A stretch of 62,600 nucleotides of DNA, the filler included, from Atractiella rhizophila (lineage: Eukaryota): the NCBI GenBank assembly GCA_021432655.1. It is 3 parts of 3 records of this genome, joined end to end, with 100 filler letters (N's around TTAATTAATTAA, not from the genome) between each part and the next. Parts side by side here need not be neighbours in the genome. Positions count along the whole stretch, not along the records: positions 27,144 to 54,143 come from MU271751.1; 2 more parts are not named here. One strand, given 5' to 3'. The position numbers were made by a program, and so were the translations under genes. Of the stretch, positions 37,331 through 47,889 are shown piece by piece. Numbering within the stretch: position 1 is the stretch's first letter; each line of letters starts with the position of its first letter. The notes below the pieces were generated by a model, which was not told the origin of the DNA, made no database searches, and worked only from the letters and a program-made list of their open reading frames with translations.

Positions 37331-37745
37331 TATCCATCATCCTCTTCTCTGTTATCATGTGGCATCTAACAAATGACCAAGTTTCATTTCCGCGATATTC
37401 TTTATTGTGATTACATTGAACTCGTTTAACGCAATGCAATATATTATTGAAGACAAGACGACACTGGACTTTGAAATGTGCTAGGGGCTTCTGGCGAGCA
37501 ATGCAAGGGTGGACGACGGATGAGCTCCAGCGGAGAGCGTGGGAATGTTAAGGAGACGGCAGTAGGTGAAAGGACCGTTCTTTAACAACATTTATTCTTC
37601 ATGGTCATCCAACATGCGTCTCGTCCTCCGCCACCTCTCAGATGTCCATGTCCGAACAAAGACAGAGAGGGAGGCAGAACATACGGGGTAGATGACCAGG
37701 TATGGCGGTCTGCCAGAGGTGATGGAGGCGGCGGCTGCAGACTAC
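37331..37745 (+). repeat. Diverged direct repeat B, copy 2
   Basis: See 35501-35900. Confidence 0.8.
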
Positions 37746-38897
37746 ATGGGAGGGCTAGCCGACGTCGTGTTTCCCTGCTGCTGCCTTCGTTCCCCCTCCC
37801 TTATCGATCTCCCTCCATCCTCCTCACTAGCTGCAGATTGGTACGGGATAAGAAAAGGCGGTAAGCTCAGAGAGAAACGCGTGCGGGTGAGGGCTGGTAA
37901 GTGGTGACGAAGCGAGGGGAATGGTGACGACTGTGGCGACAGATATGATGAGGGTGGGCGGAGAGAGAGTTACCTGAGAGCTCAAAAGGGGCTGTACAAG
38001 ATGGCAGAGGGATTAAGAGGGTAATGGAGTGCATTCCGACACCTCACTCACTCCTCTCTCTCGTGTCCTCTCTCGCCGTCAGAGGTGTCTATCATCCGCT
38101 GATGACGCGAGATGGATAGTGTGGATGAGGGCTTCAACAGATATCGAGTCCCATAGGAGTGCGCAGAGAGGACGTAGGAGCGGGAGCGAGGTGGGAGAGC
38201 TGGACAACGCTGTGACTCCTTCCCAACACATGTGCTGTCGCGACATCCGAGTTGACATGTTGATACAGGCAAGGCGAAAAGGGAAGCTGACGCAGATATG
38301 AACAACTTAACGTCCGTGCCTCCACTTTTTGAGCAGGTCCCCGTTTCCTTAAATCCTCTCTCGGGGTTGTGTGCTTGGCGGCTTTCTGCCTTATATCAGC
38401 CTCGTTCGCGGTGTGCCTAGAGCCGCCTCATCCCTCCCAACACTTACGCCGCTCCTCCCATAGGCAAAGCCGGAACAGAGCAAACATCAAAGCAGCCATT
38501 TTAATTTACGAGTGCTGTCTCTTCTAGCCTCGTTTGAAAATTTCATTTCACCTTTTCAACGAGTGAGTAGAAAACTCGGCATCGACGCCAGAGTAGAGTA
38601 GCGTGTTTGGACGGAAACAAACGTTTACATGACCGCCTTCCGATAACTCTTGTTGGGCTCGCGAATAGAGACCCATAAACCGTTACCTTCTTAGTCACCT
38701 GCCTACCTCCCAACCCGCGTTGAGATTTGCTCGATTGTGAGGGTTGAGAAAGGCGATGAGCGACTGAGAGAAAGGCACTGATTTGGTACGTAACTCAAAC
38801 AAAGAAGGGTTCGTAGTATCATAATCAGGAAACGCTGCTTCATAACCTTGCCTCTCAGTCGCATAACTGTCTTGTTCTTTACTACATACATGGAAGC

Positions 38898-40323
38898 ATG
38901 GACACCCCTACCGTCAGGCCTCAGCCACAACCTCCAACCCGACGAAGATACGTAGTCCCGAACCGCGTAATTTTCTATCGACCCGAACCTCTTCAAAAAC
39001 TCATTTCTTTGCCGAAGTTGGATCCTCTGCCAGGAACCTTGGACTTCGGGATTAGTCACAAATTCGCACTGGATGTCTGCGGGATCCTAGCAAACGACTT
39101 CGGGGGACACCTAAAGAAACGAGGAAGCGACGAGCAAATTGGCGCCTCCGTAGTAACCCTGGATGGATCCGAATACTTCTACTACTCAGAGGGACTTCCG
39201 AATTACAAAATCATAACCCACTTTCGGGCATGGACGCCACCTCCTGATCCACCAGCGCATTGGAAAGATGCTTTGGAGGCGTCATGGCCACCACCCATCG
39301 AGAGACCGCCGCTTCGGACCAGTGTCCCTGCAGCCGGGATGGCGGAGGCGGTAAAAGCAGACGGGAAGTGTGTCGTTTCTTCATGGCGTGCGTTCTCCTC
39401 CTGCTGATGTAACTATGGCTTATTGGGTTCTAGCGGCTAATTCTGCTTTGCAAAACGCTCACTTGGTGCCCACTTGGGAGGAGCATTGGTTCAAATACCA
39501 TGCGCAGGAAGAACGCAACGTGAACAATGTGGCGGCAGGGATCGACGACTTATCAAATGGACTTGCGATGCGAGCCGACATTCACACTTTGATGGATGCG
39601 AACGTATACGTTCTAGCACCTGTCTATGGACAGATAGTCTCATACTTCCTCGTCTGGGATGAAACATATGTCTCAGAATATCACTTGTGTCAGATTGGTC
39701 TTCCGACTCGTACCTCTGTCCATCATCTGTATTCTCGTTTCGCATATTCTGTCATCCAGAACTCCCGAATTCAACCTGACGCGCCAAATACTTTCTCGAT
39801 TCCCGCAACCTTGGCTCTCAAAATTTCGTCTGAGGAGAGCAGGGAGATAACATCTCATTGTTCAGAAAGTGTCCTTGAGGAGCACGAAGGCATGTCCTTC
39901 CATTTCTTGGGAAAGTTAGTAGCTGATTGCTTCTTCGTATAGGCGCGGGAGATGAAGCTCCAGATGTTCACCTTCGTAAGTTGTTTAGCCTCCTGCCCAT
40001 ACTACCGATTACATTAAGAAACTACTGGTTGGTTCACAAAGACAGAGAGGAAGCGGATTCTCCGCGATCGTTGGGTTGACAGGCGTCCCGAAATAAGAGT
40101 TGTTGTGGGTATGACCGAAGAGAACGATGGGGAAGGAGGAGACGAGATGAAGGAGAAGATGAAACAGTCTCAAGAGCAAACCGAGGCTGTGACGGATTTG
40201 AAGCAGGAAGTGAAAGGAGGGAAGACGGCAGGCCAAGCATCCGACGCTGGTTTCAGCCAGGACGACAGAAGCGAAGACGCTCCCGAAGACAGAGTCAAGA
40301 GATGGCGATCCAGGATAACTTAG
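38898..40323 (+). CDS. Fungal HNH endonuclease-domain protein (HNH_2 type), four exons
   Basis: DGKCVVS|...NAHLVP..W...IDDLSNGLAMRADIHTLMD..YVLAP...YH...LYSRFAY, plus the family N-terminal 'ALDVCGILAN' and 'HFRAWTPP' segments. Confidence 0.85.
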
Positions 40324-41087
40324 CGGAAATTGCCCATGTATCACGGTTATTCACAAACTCGAGATTACTCAACCCTTCGCACCTTGGCATTCCCATTCCG
40401 CCAATGCAATTCACCTTAGTTCAGGGTCTGTAACCCGTCTCTCTCCTTACTTGAAGCATGCCCTGGCAACCCCAGCTGTATTTATCAAGAGAAAGAGAGG
40501 CAGGAGTCGTGGCAAACTAGTCACTCTAAGTATGCGTCAGTGGCTGAAGGGTGCGTTCAAAATTGTTTGCTCCTCAGTTTGCAAAGGGGTTTTCGCCGAC
40601 AATGGTCTGCTCCTTTCTGCTCCTTGAACTCCATTCACTTCCAATTGAAAACGAAAGCAAAGATTGGCAAAGATTCGGTGCGAAGCTCATTTGGCAATGT
40701 CCATTCCTCATTCCAAATCGAAAGCTTTGAACAGCTCAAAGTTTGACTCTTGCTGAAGAGCCTCTATCGGTCTCCGATCTTTTCAAGCATCCTTTTTATA
40801 ATCTAACAGGGAGGGAAAGTGGTTATAAGTAGATTGCAATAAGTTTTAACACTCGAGTGCTTGAGCGGACGCAATCTCGTCACCTCCTGTACTCTGAGCC
40901 TCAAAGTCGAAGTTCGCACTGGCCAGGTCCAAAGCAGGTCTCTTATTGCCTTCGTCCTCTTCAGACCACTTTCTAACCTCCAGCATTTACAATTATTCAG
41001 GTCAATCTGTTTTTTTCAGCATTGTACATTTCAGATCTCTCATGCACCAAGCTTGACGTGGGAAGCGAAGTTACAGATCAGAGATCA

Positions 41088-41706
41088 GTGCGAAGGCTTC
41101 AAGTTGCACCTCTCTCTTCAAACGATGGAGGAGCCATCCATGGCCTATCAGCCATCAACATCCTACACGAAATAATGAGTGCCGCTGGTGATCATCTTAG
41201 CACTGAAAAAGGAGAGGAAGCTTGTCCCTGCGATGTCTTTGACCTTTTCGCTGGAAGTTCAATGGAGGATGGACCACTTTCATGCTTGGGCTTCTTCGGA
41301 TGATTTGCCCGGAATGCAACAACGCTTAACTCGCTATCGTTCAGGAGGTATTCTCAGACAAATGTACAATGATGGTCTTGCTGCTGAAATTGAAGGCATT
41401 TCTCGGCAACATCATCGAGACGTATGGTGAGCAGCGAGACTCCTCAGGAAACTTCGTTCTGCTCGTCCAACCTTCGTCCTCGTGCTCACGATCTACGAAG
41501 CGGACGCAAATGTCAAAAAGGCATCGCAGGACCCAAAATCTTCTAGGCTGCAACAATACTCCCTCGCTTGCCTTGTGTCTCTTGAACAGGCAATAGCCCC
41601 TGTCAAAGGCAGTGACTCTCTGGAACAGCTTCGAACTTTGTATCGGGGGATTCTTGAAGACTGCACGACAGTCTCGTTCGAAATAAAGGACCATTTCTAT
41701 CAATAA
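41088..41706 (+). pseudogene. Patatin-like phospholipase relic (frameshifted)
   Basis: DGGAIHGLSAINILHEIM...PCDVFDLFAGSS, then a -1 frameshift restores GGWTTFMLGLLRM (canonical DGGGIRGLS..IL..IM..PCDYFDLIGGTSTGG.I.IMLG.LRM); stop at 41327. Confidence 0.75.
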
Positions 41707-42369
41707 GGCAATATCACTGCGTATTGTCGGTTCAGCGCTAAGTTAGTGGAGGTCGGATAGGGAGAAGAAATAATATGTTGTCCGACTGGCAAAGGCTTAC
41801 ATGGAGACCCAACGCCATGAATCCTCTTCTATTGCAAAATCCTGACAGGGAGTAGCTTTCTAATCACTCTTCAGCTCCGAGCGCTCATTAGTCTGTACCT
41901 GACCAGGCAAAACGCTAAAGGCTATACCCAGGCATTGCCCTTCCCCCGCCGCCTCTATTTTTGGCGGTGAAGAGATCAACTGCATCAGAAAGGTTGTGTC
42001 TCCAAGGGAAGTCCGGTAGCGATACTTGGTGGACCTGGAAACGAAAGTCCACATTGGCGAAAAGTCTCCTTCATGATAATTCAACGCGCATTCACAGACG
42101 CCGAAAAGCACGGTCGATATTTCTTCAGTTGTGATACCATCAAATGGGTGCCACCATGACATCCTGGTTAGATCCAAGTACACAGTACCTGTACACTTGC
42201 GATAAGCAATGCTGTTGGTTCCCAAACTCACCAATCCATTTCCACAACTGGTTTGCGATCCTAAAGGTAAAATGACAGCGCTCTTAGACCTGGTTTGAGC
42301 GCTGTCAGAGAGCAGATTCGAGGACATGATTTACTGTCGGCAGATCTAACCGAAAGGAGCCATCCACAG

Positions 42370-42635
42370 TGGCCAACTCTTGTTCTCGGCCAAGACCACC
42401 AAGCCCAGCTCCAAGACCAGCAAGTCTAGAGTTAGCTAGAGCCGTAGAGTGAGGTTGGTTGGCAACACTCTTTCTCTTTATGTTCGTCTTTTCAACCTCA
42501 ATCGTCCAAACTGATTTGTTCATCAGGATACATGCCTCTCATTACTCTAGAGTTTACTTTGGGGACGTCAGAAGTGGTCTCCAACAAACTAAGGGCTCGA
42601 GAGCAATGTCTGTATGGAGTCTGCGTACCCCGAAC
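42370..42635 (+). repeat. Diverged direct repeat A, copy 2
   Basis: See 33610-34105. Confidence 0.9.
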
Positions 42636-43688
42636 TCTGTCAATTTGACGCCAAACTTCCATCAACGCGCCTCTCCCTCCTCGTTATGTGGCGTCCTCTC
42701 TCGTCCATGTTCCTTCGGCTGCACCCGAGATCTATCTCTCCCACCATTCAACCTCCTCCCCCGCGCTGGGTCCTCAATTTCCGACATCTAGTGTATGATG
42801 GAAGATAGAAGTTCGGTCGCGGGTAGAAAGGGAGAGCGAAGAAGGGTCAGCTGACGTTGTCTTTCCATCCCCCAACCTCCTCACTCTCCTTTATGGCCCT
42901 CTTTCGTTATCCGACCTTTCTCCTCCAGGATATGGTCGATTTACTGATGAGAGTGGGCCAGAGAACCAGGCAGGAGAATACAGAGGAGTGACGGATAGGG
43001 ACGTGGTGCATCCTGATGTGGAGGAGTCGTTGCTGGAGCATTTTGTGATAGGGGTAGAGATTGGGTCAGAGCGATTTTCTGGACCGCTCAGTGTTTCTGC
43101 AGAAAGAGCGAAGGACTAGCCTCATGGTGCACGCTGCACAGGAATAAAGCAAAGTGGGACTTGATATCGTACTTGTGTCAGATCATCCCCCGTCGAGACT
43201 GGAGCGAACTCAACCAATCTCAGTTGGAAGAGTCAAGAAAAAGGTGGAACTGAGACGTCTGTTGTTTGTGAGAGAAATTAGAGGATGCAGGATGATGGTG
43301 GCGGCAGGTTTTGCTCTCTCGCCGTGGAAGGGAAACATCCAGACGTACACTGTAAGTGTAGCTAGTGGAGCACAGCTGAGGGTGAGGTCGTATGATGTTC
43401 AGGAGAACACATGTGGATTCAGCTGTTCAGTCAAAAACCGCGACTAAACCCACAAGGTTACAGCGGCGACATTATGTGAAGTGGTTTACTTGTTGACCAG
43501 TTTGACACGACCCATTGAAGCGAAGCGGAAGACCATTTTCGGCTTGCGCAACCCCCAGGCGACCAGTTTGCCAACAACACAAAGGCAAGCATTCAACCGA
43601 GTTCCACTGATGTGGCAGGCTACTTTTGGACCGTTTTTAAAGAAGACCTAGGCACAGGTCCTTTGCAACACGATTTTCTCTGAAAGTG

Positions 43689-45413
43689 ATGGAGCAGCAA
43701 AGTTCTATCCTATGCGAGAACTCTCAGGTGGACGAGAGTGTGATTGTCCAGGTCATCCCCCCACACTTCTTCCCCGCTTCGCCTTACCTCTCCATTCTGC
43801 ACTCGTTCCTCCATCGTCTCCCTTCATCAATTCACACACTCCGTACTACTTTTCTGTTTTCTCCTCAATTCACAACGTATGACTTTGCCAAGGTGCCATC
43901 ATCGTCCTACTTTCCGCTCACTCGATGGCTCGAAAATGCAGTTGAGGATATTGGTGTTGCGAATCTCTGCATCCGATTCGACCCAAAAAGTATCACCGTA
44001 AGCTTAGGGGAGCTAGCGGATGTCAAAGAACCTGCAACTGTCGATCAGTCACCAGAGAAGTACCACTTTACTCGGACGTTTCTTTTGTTTCGGGAAACTC
44101 AAACTCAGGCCATCTTCGCCCAAATCGGGGTGTACTCTTTCAATGGGTCTGATTATGATTTATCATTTTTCTCAGACACTGACGTTGATACATCACCCTA
44201 CCGTTCAAGCGATCAGCGGACCACCATCCAACTCTCCCTATGCCCAACTCCGGGGATTACTCCATCGCCGATCTCCCATCTGCCAGTCGAACTCCTCTCC
44301 CTCATCTTTAATATCTGCAGGTGGGGTGGTCCCTTCCCTAGCATAGAATTATGGATTGGTTCCAATCCCAAAACACATCCCAGCATCAAAACAATCTCTG
44401 CCGTCTGTCAGCACTGGAGGCATGTTTCAATTCCTTATTGGGGGGAACCTGACTTAGCGGAGGTTAAACATGCTCGCTTGAAACAACATTCTGGTGCTGG
44501 GTGCTTCTGGTCGCAAGTGAGGCTTGACAAAATGATGAGTGCTGACGTGGCCAGGGAACTTATCATGGGCTCGCCAAACGCCCGCCAAGTGTGGATACGA
44601 GCATTTTGGAATGAGGTGCATACGAAAAAGTTGTTCGATGCAATTGAAGGATTGGGAATTCTGGAGAACCTTATATTCGAATCGGGTTCAAGAAAGTGGA
44701 GGAAGGATGAGATAGAAAACCTTCTCCGAAGAACGAGTGGGAGGATCACGTTTCGTCACCTTCACGTTGCCGAAGCGGAGGACTCCCCTTCCACCTGCTC
44801 CTCTGCCGCCTCGCCATCAGAACCACTTCAGCCACCCCCTACCCTCACCTCGCTGAACCTTTTAAATTCCCCGCCTCTCCCATCCCTCTTCCTCCCGCGC
44901 AGCCTCTTGCTCTTGGATCTCATCAAAATGTGTCCGCTCCCTGCATCCTTCTCAGGCTCTCTGCCACCTCTTCTGCGATATCTCCAGATTCAGCTCGCTC
45001 CCTTCTCGGATGATGGAAGTACGTCTGTCTTACCCACTCCACTAGACCTACACAAACTCACGCATCTCCAATCCCTCTGCCTGGACGGAGGCGAGGACAC
45101 TTCTAACCTTGTTCCCTACAAACTGTTCAGCACTCTAAAAAATGCAAAAGGAATAAATAGGATCCAGCTTGAATATTGTGTGATGGACTCACTGGACTTC
45201 CCAGACTTCACTCGTTGGTTCTTTGGGGATCGGAGAGAGGATGAATCTGAAAAGGAGTTGACAGTGACACCTTACCATTTGCGTGTTGATCTGTTTTTTG
45301 GCGGATGGCGTGTCGAAGAGATCGTCACTGCCAGGAGGACCGTGAACGAACATGTACTGAACCAGAACGGGGACGACAAAGCATCATGGGTTAGGGAGTG
45401 TGGGGAAGAGTGA
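43689..45413 (+). CDS. F-box-like protein with LRR-like C-terminus, apparently intronless
   Basis: 574-codon open frame; ISHLPVELLSLIFNIC...ISAVCQHWRHVS F-box motif; LxxLxL repeats (PPTLTSLNL, PRSLLLLDL, PPLLRYLQI, LTHLQSLCL). Confidence 0.8.
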   Translation: MEQQSSILCENSQVDESVIVQVIPPHFFPASPYLSILHSFLHRLPSSIHTLRTTFLFSPQFTTYDFAKVPSSSYFPLTRWLENAVEDIGVANLCIRFDPKSITVSLGELADVKEPATVDQSPEKYHFTRTFLLFRETQTQAIFAQIGVYSFNGSDYDLSFFSDTDVDTSPYRSSDQRTTIQLSLCPTPGITPSPISHLPVELLSLIFNICRWGGPFPSIELWIGSNPKTHPSIKTISAVCQHWRHVSIPYWGEPDLAEVKHARLKQHSGAGCFWSQVRLDKMMSADVARELIMGSPNARQVWIRAFWNEVHTKKLFDAIEGLGILENLIFESGSRKWRKDEIENLLRRTSGRITFRHLHVAEAEDSPSTCSSAASPSEPLQPPPTLTSLNLLNSPPLPSLFLPRSLLLLDLIKMCPLPASFSGSLPPLLRYLQIQLAPFSDDGSTSVLPTPLDLHKLTHLQSLCLDGGEDTSNLVPYKLFSTLKNAKGINRIQLEYCVMDSLDFPDFTRWFFGDRREDESEKELTVTPYHLRVDLFFGGWRVEEIVTARRTVNEHVLNQNGDDKASWVRECGEE

Positions 45414-46529
45414 TGCACGAGGCGACAAAGTGCACTTTTCACCTGTACCGAAAAGAGGATGCCACTGTAGGTATGTCTCGCTACCCATTACTCCAACATG
45501 ACAAGATTCCGGTTGTGTATTGATTTGACGATGGCATTATCATTATCGTGGCTTAGGGAAACAACTCCTTGAGTGCTTCCAAGATCTTCTTTCCATAAAG
45601 GGTCCATATTTTTAAAGATAGAATTGACATGGTAGTAATTCCGGACATCGCCAGCTTCCTGACTTTTTTCAAGTTTAGTACGTAGTGTAGTGTTGTAACA
45701 ATCTCACTCGCTCTTTCCAGCTTCCCGCTAAAGAACGACAAGTTCTCAGGTCCTTGCATCCCACAATTCGAAATCTTCGGGTCTCGAGTGAACAATCAGC
45801 AAACCGCGAACAGACCACCGAATTTACTGCTGAACGGTGGATGGACTGAGATATGAGCAATCTGTCGTCTTTAAGCAGCTGTACATGTGCGTATTGTTAT
45901 CATCCCTAGCTGCTTGTTTCTTCAGGCAGAACTCGAGCACAAACCGGATGGACCGGACGCATGCTCAGAGCTGCGACTTTTGAGGATGCATCGTTTTGGA
46001 CTCGCTTCGAAGGGAATCACGGCGCTCATTGACCCCGTTGACCTCAGCTCAAACCCTTTGCTGCGTGATCATTTCAACTTCCTTGTCATTCCCACGAATG
46101 ACTCACTGCCCTTTTCTCATCTGCTGTCGAAGAGGACCAAGAATGACAACTGTGTCCCTGTTTCTTCGTTGCAATCTTTGTTCAGCCTTCTCTGGCGCAT
46201 ACTCTACTTTTGGATCTGAGAGCGATTCAACGGCGCCGCCCTCTATGCTCAACTCTATGACTTACTCCTGATTATTACCCCATAAGCTTCTGGGATTCGA
46301 AGGAATGATATGGCGGTCAAGGATCGGACACAGGTGTAGTTGATCGAGTCGGGGCCTGACTGTTAGTCGAACTAACTTCCACGATCGCAAAGCCGTCCAG
46401 GCTCCTAATAATTTTCGGCAGCGAGACAGACCGCCATACAGATCGGGAGACCCCTAGAAGGACGGAACGAAATGCGAACATGCCCATTCCAACCTCTCAT
46501 ATACACACTGCACCGCTCAGCGAGCGCAA

Positions 46530-47732
46530 TCAAATGACCCTTCGTTCACCCCTCTCAGCAAACACGCTTGGTCAAGGTAGGAAGAATGGGCTCACCTCTT
46601 TACCTCGAAAAATCTCTTGAGATAAAACACCTGCCATGCGCACACTGCTATCAAAAGACCCGTTTGGAGGATGGACCAGTATTTTACTCGGTCGTTCGTG
46701 CTCTCGGCGGCTGTACCCATCACACCAGGGTTAAGCACATCGTGAAACCGATGGAAGCCATATAGAACCACGCACTATTTCGATGCAGTCTTTCCCTTGT
46801 GACAATGTACTCCTGCTCGTCTTTCACCACCTCCAGTGCTTGCGATAGTAACCGTATCTCCTTCTCGATTGGTGCGACGTGGCCTTCATCTTCGATATAC
46901 ATGATGCCGTGAACGTTGAAGCTGTCCATGCCATTAATCAAAGTTAGTAGGTGATATGGCACTAAAGGGAGCTAGAAGGCGTCGTGAAACAACGTCTTTC
47001 CAGAATTCAACTTCAATACTTGGAAGTATGTCAAACTCTTCTATACGCTCTTTGGCGGCTCAGCATCTTAGTGGTTTTTCAGATGCAACCTCATTTGGAG
47101 AAGCCTGCTTCAGTGAGAGTTGAGCCATGAGTAGTACCACGATGCAACGAACACGAATTCGACGTTATACGAAGTGGCAACACGAGAGTAAACTCCGGTA
47201 CAAAGGTGGAGCAATGGGCAAGGACTGCCATGATGTATGCTTCCACAGCAGGTAGCAGCAAACTGAGCCCACGAAATGCTATGCACAAACCCGTAGTCCA
47301 TAAAAGCGAAAAGGCTCACCTGACGGTCTTCCCACTGACGGTGCTATACTCATTGCTAAAGCAATACTCATACCTCCCATCCTTGTCCGCTGTAAAGCTA
47401 TAAGTGCCTGTATCCTTCTTCTCCTATTCCAGCAAGTAAACCGTCACGATCCAGCTCCCCTAGCTCACTTCTCCCAACACAACAGGCATCCACACTAGTG
47501 AAAAATCACGAACCTGCTGAAACAAGACTTTCGGTCTAGGTCCAGGATCCTTCACCCAAAAATTTATATCCAGATGACCGCCGCCTGCAACCTGGTAGGT
47601 AACTGTCATCTTGTCTTCCGCATGAAGCTCTTCAAAGAAGCATTCTTTCCCGCCAGCCGCAATGTCGATGGTATGGCTGAGGGCGAGTAATGGCCAAAGC
47701 AGGAAGAGGATAATGGAAACCATCGTTGTCAT
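46530..47732 (-). CDS. EMP24: p24/EMP24 (TMED2-like) GOLD-domain cargo receptor, multi-exon with a 398-nt intron
   Basis: Signal peptide; KECFFEEL, YEYCFSNE, SFNVHG, EQEYIVTRERLHRNTAESTNDRVKYWS, QVFYLKRFFEVKRVI*. Confidence 0.95.
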
Positions 47733-47889
47733 TTTGTGCAAGCTAGCGTGTCGCATTTCGGAAAGGCGAGAGAACAATCTCAAACAACCATCCAAGGCAG
47801 AGAAACTGAGCAAAGGCAATTTAAGTACAATTGACCAACTACCGACCTTGACAATCCTGCTTAAAGTGGGAGGCAGGGTAGTCATTGGT

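Noticed and set aside
46922..47319. TPP riboswitch or snR30/U17 in the EMP24 intron
   Set aside because: Lacks the TPP core (CUGAGA...AUACC...UGAU..G.UAAU) and the AUAUUCCUA motif.
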